A stretch of DNA of 64,000 bases from an uncultured candidate division Zixibacteria bacterium (lineage in GTDB: Bacteria; Zixibacteria; MSB-5A5; UBA10806; 4484-95): contig CAXXKA010000010.1 in assembly GCA_963668625.2 (NCBI GenBank), positions 256,001-320,000 of the forward strand. Reading direction: 5' to 3'. Positions within the stretch are counted from its first letter, which is position 1. Each line of letters opens with the position of its first letter. Positions 55,036 to 64,000 of this stretch are shown here, in pieces. Made by a program: the position numbers and the translations under genes. The notes under the pieces were generated by a model that saw nothing but the letters and a program-made list of their open reading frames with translations, searched no databases and was not told where the DNA came from.

Positions 55036-56313
55036 ATGGATAGATTTGTCGGGTTGTTAGGGCTAATCGTAATGTTAGCTATCGCTTACGGGCTTTCTAA
55101 AAGCCGGAAAGATATTAGCTGGCGCCTTGTTGGCTGGGGAATGGGCTTGCAGCTTATTTTCGCGGTACTTATACTTAAAACAAGCCCCGGAAAATGGATA
55201 TTCGAAAAATGCAATGATGTTATCCTGGGGGTGCTGGGATGCGCCGAATCGGGAGCGCGATTCGTGTTCGGCAACCTGGTAACGCAGTACGCGCCTGTCG
55301 GTAATCTCTCCGATGCCGGCCAGTTCGTGGAAACTCCCGGATTGTTTGTCAATAACGGTATGGCCTTTTTCGCCTTCAGCGTGTTGCCAACCATTATCTT
55401 TTTCTCTGCCCTGATTACGGTACTCTATCATTACGGTTTAATGCAAAAGCTTGTGCTTCTGCTGGCCAAGCTGATGGCCTGGACTATGAAGACCTCCGGC
55501 TCCGAATCGCTTTCGGCGGCGGCCAATATATTTGTCGGCCAAACAGAGGCGCCACTGGTGGTAAAGCCATATGTCAGCAAGATGACCTATTCTGAGCTGT
55601 GCGCCATTATGACAGGTGGATTTGCCACAATTGCAGGGGGCGTGATGGCGGCATATGTTGGCCTTTTGAAAGACGCCGTCCCCGGAATCGCCGGTCATTT
55701 GATGGCGGCTTCTATTATGTCAGCGCCGGCGGGGTTGGTTTTCGCCAAGCTGTTTACCCCGGAAACCGAGGAGTCTGTCACCGCCGGTGAGGTTAAGTTT
55801 CATGTCGAGAAGCTTGATAAAAACGGCGTTGATGCTGCCTCTCGAGGAGCTACCGATGGCTTGAGACTAGCTCTCAATGTAGGTGCTATGCTTATAGCAT
55901 TCATAGGCTTAGTTACATTGATAAACATTATCCTCGGACTTTTCTGGGAGGATTTATCCCTGGCCTGGATATTCGGCAAAGCCTTAGCGCCGCTGGCCTG
56001 GATGATGGGAGTGCCCTGGGATGACTGCGCCAGGCTGGGTGACATACTCGGTACCAAGGTGATGATAAACGAATTTGTAGCCTTCTTGAAATTTCAGGCT
56101 TACGCGGCCGATCTCTCGCCTAAAGCGCAGGTCATCGCGGCCTATGCGATATGCGGTTTCGCCAACTTGAGCTCGATCGGCATACAGATCGGCGGAATCT
56201 CGGGCATTGCCCCGGAGCGCAGAAGCGACCTGGCCAGCCTGGCATTCCGGGCCATGACAGCCGGCGCGTTCGCCTCCTGGAGCACTGCCTGCATCGCGGG
56301 GATGTTGATATAA
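55036..56313 (+). CDS. nupC: CNT-family Na+/nucleoside cotransporter
   Basis: FAFSVLPTIIFFS, SGSESLSAAANIFVGQTEAP, GFATIAGGV, NEFVAF and CGFANLSSIGIQIGG. Confidence 0.92.
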   Translation: MDRFVGLLGLIVMLAIAYGLSKSRKDISWRLVGWGMGLQLIFAVLILKTSPGKWIFEKCNDVILGVLGCAESGARFVFGNLVTQYAPVGNLSDAGQFVETPGLFVNNGMAFFAFSVLPTIIFFSALITVLYHYGLMQKLVLLLAKLMAWTMKTSGSESLSAAANIFVGQTEAPLVVKPYVSKMTYSELCAIMTGGFATIAGGVMAAYVGLLKDAVPGIAGHLMAASIMSAPAGLVFAKLFTPETEESVTAGEVKFHVEKLDKNGVDAASRGATDGLRLALNVGAMLIAFIGLVTLINIILGLFWEDLSLAWIFGKALAPLAWMMGVPWDDCARLGDILGTKVMINEFVAFLKFQAYAADLSPKAQVIAAYAICGFANLSSIGIQIGGISGIAPERRSDLASLAFRAMTAGAFASWSTACIAGMLI

Positions 56314-56327
56314 AAGATGAAAAGGAG

Positions 56328-56356
56328 AGTAGGTTGAAACCCCGCGGTTCCGACGC
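56328..56356 (+). repeat. Solo GTAG-type REP
   Basis: GTAGGTTGAAACCCCGCGGTTCCGACG, same family as 33821. Confidence 0.7.
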
Positions 56357-56541
56357 CCCGTAATCTTGATAGAATAAAGCGAACCTTCTCCACAGTCAGG
56401 GTGGGGTACTTTTTGTCAGTGCTAGAATATTTCGGTTTCTTTGCCTGAATCATCGTACACCCAAGCGCGCCATCTTATTTTATTGGTATTCTGACTTTCT
56501 TTATTGCCAATAATATAAATATATTCTGATTTATCATTTAA

Positions 56542-56569
56542 AGCCGTCAGGAATCTTTTCCTGACGGCT
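56542..56569. terminator. Stem-loop after creD
   Basis: AGCCGTCAGGA-atcttt-TCCTGACGGCT. Confidence 0.7.
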
Positions 56570-56601
56570 CTTTACTTTGTTAACTAAAGATGAAATCGAT
56601 C

Positions 56602-57930
56602 CTACTTCTCGAACTTGATATCGTACCAGTCGATCTTGCGCGTGAAAAACATCACCAGCCCTAGCACCACGAATAAGCCGATACTGCCCATCAACAGGGC
56701 GTAGTCCTCCAGTTGCAGGATTATGTATAAAAATCCGTACAGCACGGTCAGTATCCCGCCAACCATCAAGGCCATCCTGGCTTTTTTCAGTATGCTTTTC
56801 GAATAGCCGGTTATCAGCCCGATAATGCTCAGGCACGATATCCAGTAGGCGATATCGAAATTGGTATGTTCTGATATCGAGATTAGTAGCGAATAAAATA
56901 GCACTATTGCCAGCCCGATAAGCAGGTATTGTATCGGGTGAAGTTTAATCCTGTTGAACACCTCGGAGAAGAAGAAAGCCGTGAAAGCAAACACGATGAA
57001 CATCAGGGCATATTTAACCGTGCGGGTGGATTTCTGATAAATATCCACGGGGATAGCCAGCTTGATGCCAAAAGCCGAGCTTTCCAAATCGTACTTAATA
57101 TTCGTCCAGTACTGAGGATAATTCCTGTTCAAATCGAGGATTTTCCAGGATGCTGAGAAACCGCTTTCGGTTATATCTCTTGTTACCGGTAAAAATGCGC
57201 CATCGAATCCCGGATCGGGCCAGCCCGACTCGATAGAGACCGTGGTTTGTTTGCCGACCGGTATGAAATCGATTCGCTGGCTGCCGTTTAAGTTAATATC
57301 GAATTCGTAATAAAGGCTATCCATTTGCCAGTCTATACCGATTTTGGAACTGACCCCGGATTTGATGACCTCGTTGGTAACCAGTCCCGGATTCATGACC
57401 AGAGAGTCGCCATTGATACTGGCCTTTATTTGATCCCCGACACCTCGCATATCGGCTATGCCAAGCGAGATAACTACTCCATCCCATATGATATCACTGT
57501 TAAGTACATTCAATTGATCGAATTGCAATTTGGGAAATACGCCTTTGATGCTTAAACTCGATTTATATAGTACCGTTTCATATATCCCCAGGTATCTGAT
57601 CTCAGGATTTATTCGCCCCCTGATATCCGCGCTATCGGGCAAAAAGTGCATATAGCGGATAGTATATGAGTTGTTCTCGGTATCATTGGTGTTATATTTC
57701 TTATACGGGATTGATATTATCGGGCCGGTTATGGTTTGCTTATCGCCCCATTTAGAACTAAGTTTGCCTATCACCTCCTCTTTTCTGGCTTTTCTCTCCT
57801 TTATCAATGAGGATACCATGCTAGTGGGTATCAACAGAAGTAAGACTAAAAACACCATCACGATCAGTTTCAAGGTTACGGAATTGCGCAGACTTACTGC
57901 CATACTTTTTGATTCTTCCTTGCGATTCAT
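56602..57930 (-). CDS. creD: Inner membrane protein CreD
   Basis: LLLIP...LI.ER..R, W...QTI.GP, W.DP.FDGAFLP, YQKS.R..KYA, HPIQYLLIGLA, L.LEDYALL.GS and TRKIDWY. Confidence 0.92.
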   Translation of the reverse strand: MNRKEESKSMAVSLRNSVTLKLIVMVFLVLLLLIPTSMVSSLIKERKARKEEVIGKLSSKWGDKQTITGPIISIPYKKYNTNDTENNSYTIRYMHFLPDSADIRGRINPEIRYLGIYETVLYKSSLSIKGVFPKLQFDQLNVLNSDIIWDGVVISLGIADMRGVGDQIKASINGDSLVMNPGLVTNEVIKSGVSSKIGIDWQMDSLYYEFDINLNGSQRIDFIPVGKQTTVSIESGWPDPGFDGAFLPVTRDITESGFSASWKILDLNRNYPQYWTNIKYDLESSAFGIKLAIPVDIYQKSTRTVKYALMFIVFAFTAFFFSEVFNRIKLHPIQYLLIGLAIVLFYSLLISISEHTNFDIAYWISCLSIIGLITGYSKSILKKARMALMVGGILTVLYGFLYIILQLEDYALLMGSIGLFVVLGLVMFFTRKIDWYDIKFEK

Positions 57931-58414
57931 ACCATCCTTTCGAATAATATTTTATGAATTTTAGTAATTTTAGATCATAGGTTATACCACCATATGATAG
58001 TGGAGTTCCAATGAGAGGTACGGTTTGTATAATTTTAACGTTTTAGGATATTGAATGATGATCTCTGCCGGATTGAAAAGAGTCAATCGAAGTAGCTTTA
58101 AAAACTCTTTCAGCTAACTACTACTATTCGGAACAGGATACGGACAGATTAGTGATCTTCTCTATTATGACTTAAACACTGCCTGGATAAGCTTACTAGT
58201 TCAAAGAAAAGCGCAATATAGAAAAAATGTTATTATTTAAGAGGATTTGAGATAGCTACGCGCTGAGATCATAATTATATCATAACTTATTGATAAATAA
58301 CATGAAATTACAGTAGCGTTGCGTACCTTGCCTGTTTAGCCTGTCAGGCATATATTGATAGCTAATAGTTAACTTATTATATATCAACTCGGTATAAGAT
58401 AAGCAATTTTTTGC

Positions 58415-58680
58415 TTGACTGAAAATAGTTATATTTTTAAATTTAGATCAATACAAAATACGTAACATTGTACTCATTGCGTTCTGGTCTGAATATCAAG
58501 TACATGTTACAATCGACTTCAGGTTCAGCATCACTGATTTTACATCAAGTCATCTAATTTGTGGGCAAAAATAAACCCCACCTGCAGATGGGGCTTATTT
58601 CTCTGGTATACCCTGGGGGGAATCCAAGGGGCATACGCTGCGTAGACCGGCAGTCGAAAAGGGCTGCCGGTTATTTATTT
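58415..58680 (+). ncRNA. Candidate small structured RNA (promoter, hairpins, terminators; no CDS)
   Basis: TTGACT-17-TAAATT at 58415-58443. Stems at 58462-58510, 58515-58551, 58569-58600 and 58646-58671, the last followed by a plus-strand T-rich tract. Confidence 0.3.
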
Positions 58681-58699
58681 TAAACTATCTTAATTAATA

Positions 58700-61177
58700 T
58701 TACTCCTCAATGCCATTTCCGTTCCCGTTACCGTTTCCATTCGTGTTTTCCCTCGGGACATTGGCAACATCGATGAGCTTATCATCCTTATCCAGATTCA
58801 TCAGCCTGACTCCCTGAGTATTTCTGCCGATTGATCTGACCTGGCTGATAGCGATTCGGTTGATTATACCTTTCTGGGTGATCAGAAGCAGTTCATCGTC
58901 ATCGACCACCTCTTTAACGGTAACAACTTCACCGTTTCGATTGGAGGCTTTGATATTGATAATTCCCTTACCGCCGCGATTGGTAACCCGGTAGTCGGCC
59001 ACATTCGATCGTTTGCCGTAGCCGAATTCGGTCACTGTCAAAATCGTGCCCTCGCGCATGATAACCACCATGCCGATCACGAAATCACCCTTGGCCAGGT
59101 TGATACCACGCACGCCGTAAGCAGTTCGTCCCATAGCCCTGACCTTATCCTCGGGGAACCTGATCGCCTGACCTTTGCGGGTGGCCAATACGATATCGCA
59201 GGAGCCGTCGGTAAGCCCGACCTCGACTACTTTATCTGTATCGGGAATGTTCATGGCTATGATACCGTCCCGGCGCGGGTTGGAGAACGCCTGAAGCTCG
59301 GTTTTCTTGATCTGGCCGTTCTCTGTGGCCATCACCACGTAGGAATCATCCTCGAACGAACGCACCGGCACGAACGCCGCTATTTTGTCTGCTTTGCTGT
59401 CTATGCCGATCAGGTTGACAATCGGCTTGCCTTTTGCCAGACGGCCGCCCTGGGGTACCTCGTGCACTTTTAACCAGTAGCATTTGCCCAGTTCGGTGAA
59501 GAACAATATATATTGATGGGTTGAGGCAACGAACATGTGTTCGACGAAGTCCTCTTCTTTCATCTCCATGCCGATTTTACCGCGAGTACCGCGAGCCTGC
59601 TTTTTATACGAGGAGATCGAGATACGTTTGATATAGCCGGTATGGGAGATCGTGACCACCATATCCTCCTCGGCGATCAGATCCTCTATGGTGAAGTCCT
59701 CGGTAATATCCTCCTCGATGATAATAGTCCGACGCTCATCACCGTATTTTTCCTGTATCTCTTTGAGTTCGTCCTTGATAATCATCATACGCTGAGTGAG
59801 GCTTTCGAGAATACCTTTCAGCTTGGCGATCAGTTTGATAATAGCCCGGTATTCATCCTCGATTTTCTGGCGTTCCAGGCCGGTAAGCCTCTGTAAACGC
59901 ATATCTAAAATAGCCTGAGCCTGGATTTCCGAAAGCTTGAATGTGTTTATCAAGCCGACTTTAGCCTCGGCCGGTGATTTCGATTTCTTGATCAGCTCGA
60001 TTACCGCATCGATATTATCCAGCGCGATTTTATAACCCTCGAGAATATGGGCGCGTTTTTCGGCCTCATCGAGTTCGTATTTCGTGCGCCTGACGATTAC
60101 CTCGTGGCGGTGATCGATGAATTTCTGAAGTATCTCTTTTAGGTTCAGTACTTTCGGGATACCCTTATCCAGCGCCAGCATATTCATGCCGAAAGCTGTC
60201 TGCATCTGGGTCATCTTGAATAACTGGTTGAGGACTACCTCCGCCTGGGCGTCACGCTTTAGCTCGATAACGATGCGCATACCGTCACGATCCGACTCGT
60301 CGCGAAGATCGGAGATGCCTGCCATTTTCTTGTTGCGCACCAGGTCGGCGATTTTCTCCAACAGGTTGGCTTTATTGACCTGGTAAGGAATTTCGGATAC
60401 TATAATACTATCCTTGCCGTTTTTACCTGTTTCGATATTGGCTTTTGAACGGATGAAAAACCTGCCATGTCCGGTTTTATAACCATTGCGCATACCATCC
60501 AGGCCGAATATGATTCCGCCGGTCGGAAAATCAGGGCCTTTGACATATTGCAGCAGGTCATCTATACTCGCGTCGGGTTCATCTATGAGATGGTTTAGCG
60601 CCTCGACGACTTCGTTAAGATTATGAGGCGGGATATTAGTTGCCATACCGACTGCGATACCGGTAGCGCCATTGCATATTAGATTGGGGAATTTTCCCGG
60701 CAATACTGTCGGCTCCTGACGGGTATCATCATAATTGGGAATGAAATCAACGGTGTTCTTTTGAAGGTCGGACAGCATCTCGACACTCGGCGGCGTCATC
60801 CTGGCCTCGGTGTATCTCATGGCCGCCGGTGAGTCGCCATCAACGGAACCGAAGTTACCCTGGCCGTCCACCATAAGGTAACGCATATTGAAATCCTGCG
60901 CCATACGAACTAAAGTGGGGTATACCACCTGTTCGCCGTGCGGGTGGTAGTTACCGGAGGTATCACCGGCGATTTTGGCGCATTTTCTGTACGGTCGACC
61001 CGGATTAAGATTGAGATCGTTCATTGCCACTAAAATTCGTCGGTTGGATGGTTTCAAACCATCCCTGACATCCGGCAGTGCGCGATTGGTAATTACAGAC
61101 ATAGAGTAGTCGATATAGGATTTTTTCATCTCCTCTTCGATATAAACAGAAAGAATTTTTTCCGAGCCCAGAGGCAT
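58700..61177 (-). CDS. gyrA: DNA gyrase subunit A
   Basis: [40 protein letters not shown]. GyrA-box variant QARGTRG and C-terminal pinwheel repeats. Confidence 0.95.
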   Translation of the reverse strand: MPLGSEKILSVYIEEEMKKSYIDYSMSVITNRALPDVRDGLKPSNRRILVAMNDLNLNPGRPYRKCAKIAGDTSGNYHPHGEQVVYPTLVRMAQDFNMRYLMVDGQGNFGSVDGDSPAAMRYTEARMTPPSVEMLSDLQKNTVDFIPNYDDTRQEPTVLPGKFPNLICNGATGIAVGMATNIPPHNLNEVVEALNHLIDEPDASIDDLLQYVKGPDFPTGGIIFGLDGMRNGYKTGHGRFFIRSKANIETGKNGKDSIIVSEIPYQVNKANLLEKIADLVRNKKMAGISDLRDESDRDGMRIVIELKRDAQAEVVLNQLFKMTQMQTAFGMNMLALDKGIPKVLNLKEILQKFIDHRHEVIVRRTKYELDEAEKRAHILEGYKIALDNIDAVIELIKKSKSPAEAKVGLINTFKLSEIQAQAILDMRLQRLTGLERQKIEDEYRAIIKLIAKLKGILESLTQRMMIIKDELKEIQEKYGDERRTIIIEEDITEDFTIEDLIAEEDMVVTISHTGYIKRISISSYKKQARGTRGKIGMEMKEEDFVEHMFVASTHQYILFFTELGKCYWLKVHEVPQGGRLAKGKPIVNLIGIDSKADKIAAFVPVRSFEDDSYVVMATENGQIKKTELQAFSNPRRDGIIAMNIPDTDKVVEVGLTDGSCDIVLATRKGQAIRFPEDKVRAMGRTAYGVRGINLAKGDFVIGMVVIMREGTILTVTEFGYGKRSNVADYRVTNRGGKGIINIKASNRNGEVVTVKEVVDDDELLLITQKGIINRIAISQVRSIGRNTQGVRLMNLDKDDKLIDVANVPRENTNGNGNGNGNGIEE

Positions 61178-61387
61178 ATTATCTATCTCCTTTACCCGTT
61201 AAACGGGCCTGCTTTTTCAAACTAAATCAACCCGGCGTAAATTGCCTCTATAGGGCTTACCCGGATTTTTCCATAATCATTAATAATACTATAAATCTTA
61301 AGTATTTTCAAGTAAATTCTAGTTATAAGATATAAATTAACTTATTGTCAGCCAGTAAGATATAGTAAGCTTTGCGTAGCCATGTAA

Positions 61388-63064
61388 TTATTTTTTGGAT
61401 GATTGAGATTCTCTTTTACCGAACTGAAATTCGCGTAGTACCGCCTGGGCGATGTTGGTTAAATGGTCGCCGATTTTTTCGAGATTGTTCAAAACATCGA
61501 TATAGATTATACCATCATGTGATTTGCAGACACCTGAGTTCAATCTCTGTATTTGTGCTTCGCGAAATTCTATGAACATGCTATTTATTTTATCCTCACA
61601 GGCTAAGGCTTTATAGCCGCTCTCTCGCTTGTTGTCGCTGATAGCGGTTACGATATGATCGCCCATATCGATAATCGTAGCATACATGGTTTGAAGCTCG
61701 TTTTTGGCCGCAGATGATAATTGTGCTTTATGCCTTATAGCGCGTTCGGTAAGCTCTACCAGGTTTTCGGTGTGGTCCCCGATTCGTTCGAGGTCGTTAA
61801 CGGTGTGCATCCAAACAGGCAATTGGTCTGACTGGAACTGCTCGAGTTTCTGTTGCGAAACTTCAACGAGAAATCCGGTAATCTCATCCTGGAGGTTATC
61901 GATTGCGTCCTCGATCTCGCTTAATTTCTTGAAATCTTTGGAATTTCTATGGATGAACGCACTGAACGACATCTCCAGCGCCTCACGGGCCATCTCCGCC
62001 ATACGTAATATCTCCTTACGGGCCTGCAAAAGGGCTGTACCGGGAGAGTTTAAAAGCCTTTTATCGAGATAAACCGGTGTACCGTTTATTTCCGCCCGGC
62101 CTTTCGGGGTAAGGTAAATTGCCGTTTTTTCGATTATTCCAATCGCGGGCAGGATGAGAATAGCATTGACGATGTTGAATGCCGAGTGGGCAACAGCCAA
62201 GTATATCATGATGTTTGCAGTGGAAAGATCACCCGGAATAATATAAAAGATGAATTTCTGGTATATTCCCAGCATCACGAGTGGCAAAATATATGCTGTT
62301 CCGAAAAGGTTGAACAACGTATGCGCCATTGCTGTTCGCCGGGCGTTGGTATTGGTATTCAAAGCCGCTATTTGTGCGGTGATAGTCGTGCCGATATTTT
62401 CTCCGAGTACAAGCGGAACCGCGGCATCAAAACTGATTAATCCCTGGAATGCTAGAAGCTGTACCATGGCTATTGTGGCCGATGATGATTGAAGAATAAC
62501 TGTCGCCAATGCGCCGATCAATACTCCCAGCAGTGGATTGGTGCCAAGAGACTGAAAAGCATGAAGTATAACCTGACTTTCTTTTAACGGTATGAAGGCA
62601 TCCTTCATGAAATCGAGGCCTAAAAACAGAAGCCCCAGCCCGATAAATATCCGTCCCCGGTTGGTATTGCCGGAACCGCGCGGCAGTAAAGTCAGGAAGA
62701 ATCCGACGCCAACAAACAAAAGCGCATAATCGGTTATCTTAAATACGCCAATTACCGAGACTATCCAGGCTGTTAATGTAGTCCCGATATTGGCGCCCAT
62801 AACAACGCCGATAGCCTGGCGTAATGTCAAAAGGCCGGAGTTGACAAGGCCAACCGTGATAACTGTCATGCCGGATGATGATTGAATAATAGCGGTTAAA
62901 CCCGCTCCTAAAAGAACACCTAATATCCTATTTTTTGTCAGAAGAGTAAGGATTCTTTTAACTCTTTGGCTGGAGGTGGCTTTCAAACCATCGGACATCA
63001 TGCTCATGCCGTAGAGGAACATGCCCAGTCCGCCAACCAGAAGTATTATCAAATTAAAAATCAT
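61388..63064 (-). CDS. Na/Pi cotransporter family protein with PhoU-like C-terminal domains
   Basis: GGLGMFLYGM, two QSSS motifs, GANIGTT/GENIGTT and DLERIGDH...NLEKIGDH. Confidence 0.92.
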   Translation of the reverse strand: MIFNLIILLVGGLGMFLYGMSMMSDGLKATSSQRVKRILTLLTKNRILGVLLGAGLTAIIQSSSGMTVITVGLVNSGLLTLRQAIGVVMGANIGTTLTAWIVSVIGVFKITDYALLFVGVGFFLTLLPRGSGNTNRGRIFIGLGLLFLGLDFMKDAFIPLKESQVILHAFQSLGTNPLLGVLIGALATVILQSSSATIAMVQLLAFQGLISFDAAVPLVLGENIGTTITAQIAALNTNTNARRTAMAHTLFNLFGTAYILPLVMLGIYQKFIFYIIPGDLSTANIMIYLAVAHSAFNIVNAILILPAIGIIEKTAIYLTPKGRAEINGTPVYLDKRLLNSPGTALLQARKEILRMAEMAREALEMSFSAFIHRNSKDFKKLSEIEDAIDNLQDEITGFLVEVSQQKLEQFQSDQLPVWMHTVNDLERIGDHTENLVELTERAIRHKAQLSSAAKNELQTMYATIIDMGDHIVTAISDNKRESGYKALACEDKINSMFIEFREAQIQRLNSGVCKSHDGIIYIDVLNNLEKIGDHLTNIAQAVLREFQFGKRESQSSKK

Positions 63065-63320
63065 TACACTATGGGTGGAATGGAGAAGGGGGAGGTATTT
63101 TTTGAAATCATCATCTACAATCAGGATTTCGTTAAAGTGTTCCTTAATTTTTGCGGCATATTAGCTTTTATGATCGAGACTGTCAATCGAATTCTAATAT
63201 TTTCCTAATATAATTATGACAATTTTATAATCGGCCGTATGTTGTGTGATGATTTCAAAAATATCTATCAAATGCACAAATATTGCGTTATAATAACTAA
63301 CTTGAATTTAGTCTGAAACG

Positions 63321-63809
63321 GTGGTGTTAATGAACGATCTGATGTATTCTATAATCCTGTCCCTGTTGCCTATTGCCGAATTAAGAGGTGGTTTGCCATA
63401 TGCTTACCTGGTTGGTGGCTATCCAATCTGGATTTCGTATCTGGTATCTGTAGGGGCTAATTTCTTCGTTGGCCCGATTGTTTTTATATTCCTGGAGACT
63501 GTTCATAAGTGGCTCATTAACTGGACGTTTTACAGTAAGATTTTTAATAAACTGGTAAGCAGGGTCAGACGGAAAACCTCTCATCTGATCGAGAAGTATG
63601 GTTTCTGGGGGATTGCCCTGTTCGTAGCGGTTCCCTTGCCGGTTACGGGCGCTTACACCGGCACGATGGCTGCCTGGCTATTTGGTTTGGATAAGAAAAA
63701 ATCGATGCTGGCAGTACTGGTGGGAGTTTGCGTGTCAGGTTTGATTGTCTCGATCGTGGTTTATTTCGGGCTGGAGGGTTTTGAATTTATGTATAAAAGA
63801 GTTAAGTAA
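63321..63809 (+). CDS. Small multi-drug export (COG2426-like) membrane protein
   Basis: SLLPIAELRGGLP and KYG..G..LFVAVPLP.TGAYTG motifs. Confidence 0.85.
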   Translation: MVLMNDLMYSIILSLLPIAELRGGLPYAYLVGGYPIWISYLVSVGANFFVGPIVFIFLETVHKWLINWTFYSKIFNKLVSRVRRKTSHLIEKYGFWGIALFVAVPLPVTGAYTGTMAAWLFGLDKKKSMLAVLVGVCVSGLIVSIVVYFGLEGFEFMYKRVK

Positions 63810-63933
63810 ACTCTCGAATGAATAATGCTTTGGTAGTGACTGCCGAACTTGAATTCGATGGTGGGTTTAGTCTCACTTATTAGTTTCAATACCGATAGAG
63901 CGCTTTTGTTATTTTCAATATGAGAGATATGTA

Positions 63934-64000
63934 ATGAGTAGGAAAAACGAAACGGTCTGCAATATAGGCCCTAAAGAATCGCAGAATCGCCTGATTATTG
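63934..64000 (+). CDS. Start of a hypothetical protein (3'-truncated)
   Basis: Open frame MSRKNETVCNIGPKESQNRLII to the window end. Confidence 0.35.
   Translation, partial: MSRKNETVCNIGPKESQNRLII

Noticed and set aside
58604-58630. tRNA 3'-end remnant (att site) on the minus strand, ...GGATTCCCC..AGGGTATACCA
   Set aside because: T-loop reads TTGGA rather than TTCGA, there is no matching T-stem 5' arm, and the segment is explained as a local hairpin.

Overview
Bacterial chromosome segment from a diderm organism. The dockerin-tipped giant proteins, T9SS/FlgD-type C-terminal sorting domains and the GyrA signature suggest candidate phylum Zixibacteria or a relative (inference, not a database result). 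The first 20 kb encode an apparent cohesin-dockerin surface assembly with no cellulase. It comprises (i) a 5'-truncated giant with 41 complete cadherin/Ig-like domains, partly in an exact 931-aa decameric super-repeat, ending in a dockerin; (ii) a 502-aa adaptor with cohesin-like, dockerin-like and sorting domains; and (iii) a 2128-aa Cys-rich mosaic protein ending in a variant dockerin. Next come a GH35-fold gene, a TonB-dependent receptor/AraC pair, a dipeptidase and a BNR/VPS10 protein. A decayed accessory region (32-36 kb) holds frameshifted genes, a dense mosaic of REP-like palindromes, an SMI1/KNR4 gene and a membrane-anchored Mrr-like nuclease. The rest is mostly housekeeping: thyX-nrdJ, nucleotide-sugar enzymes, a FadL-esterase pair, a TPR-TonB gene with pyrK-pyrD-pyrF, nupC, creD, gyrA and a Na/Pi cotransporter. 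An intact IS4 element sits inside an unexplained ~200-bp dispersed repeat, and there is a candidate small RNA near 58.5 kb. No rRNA, complete tRNA or CRISPR array was seen.
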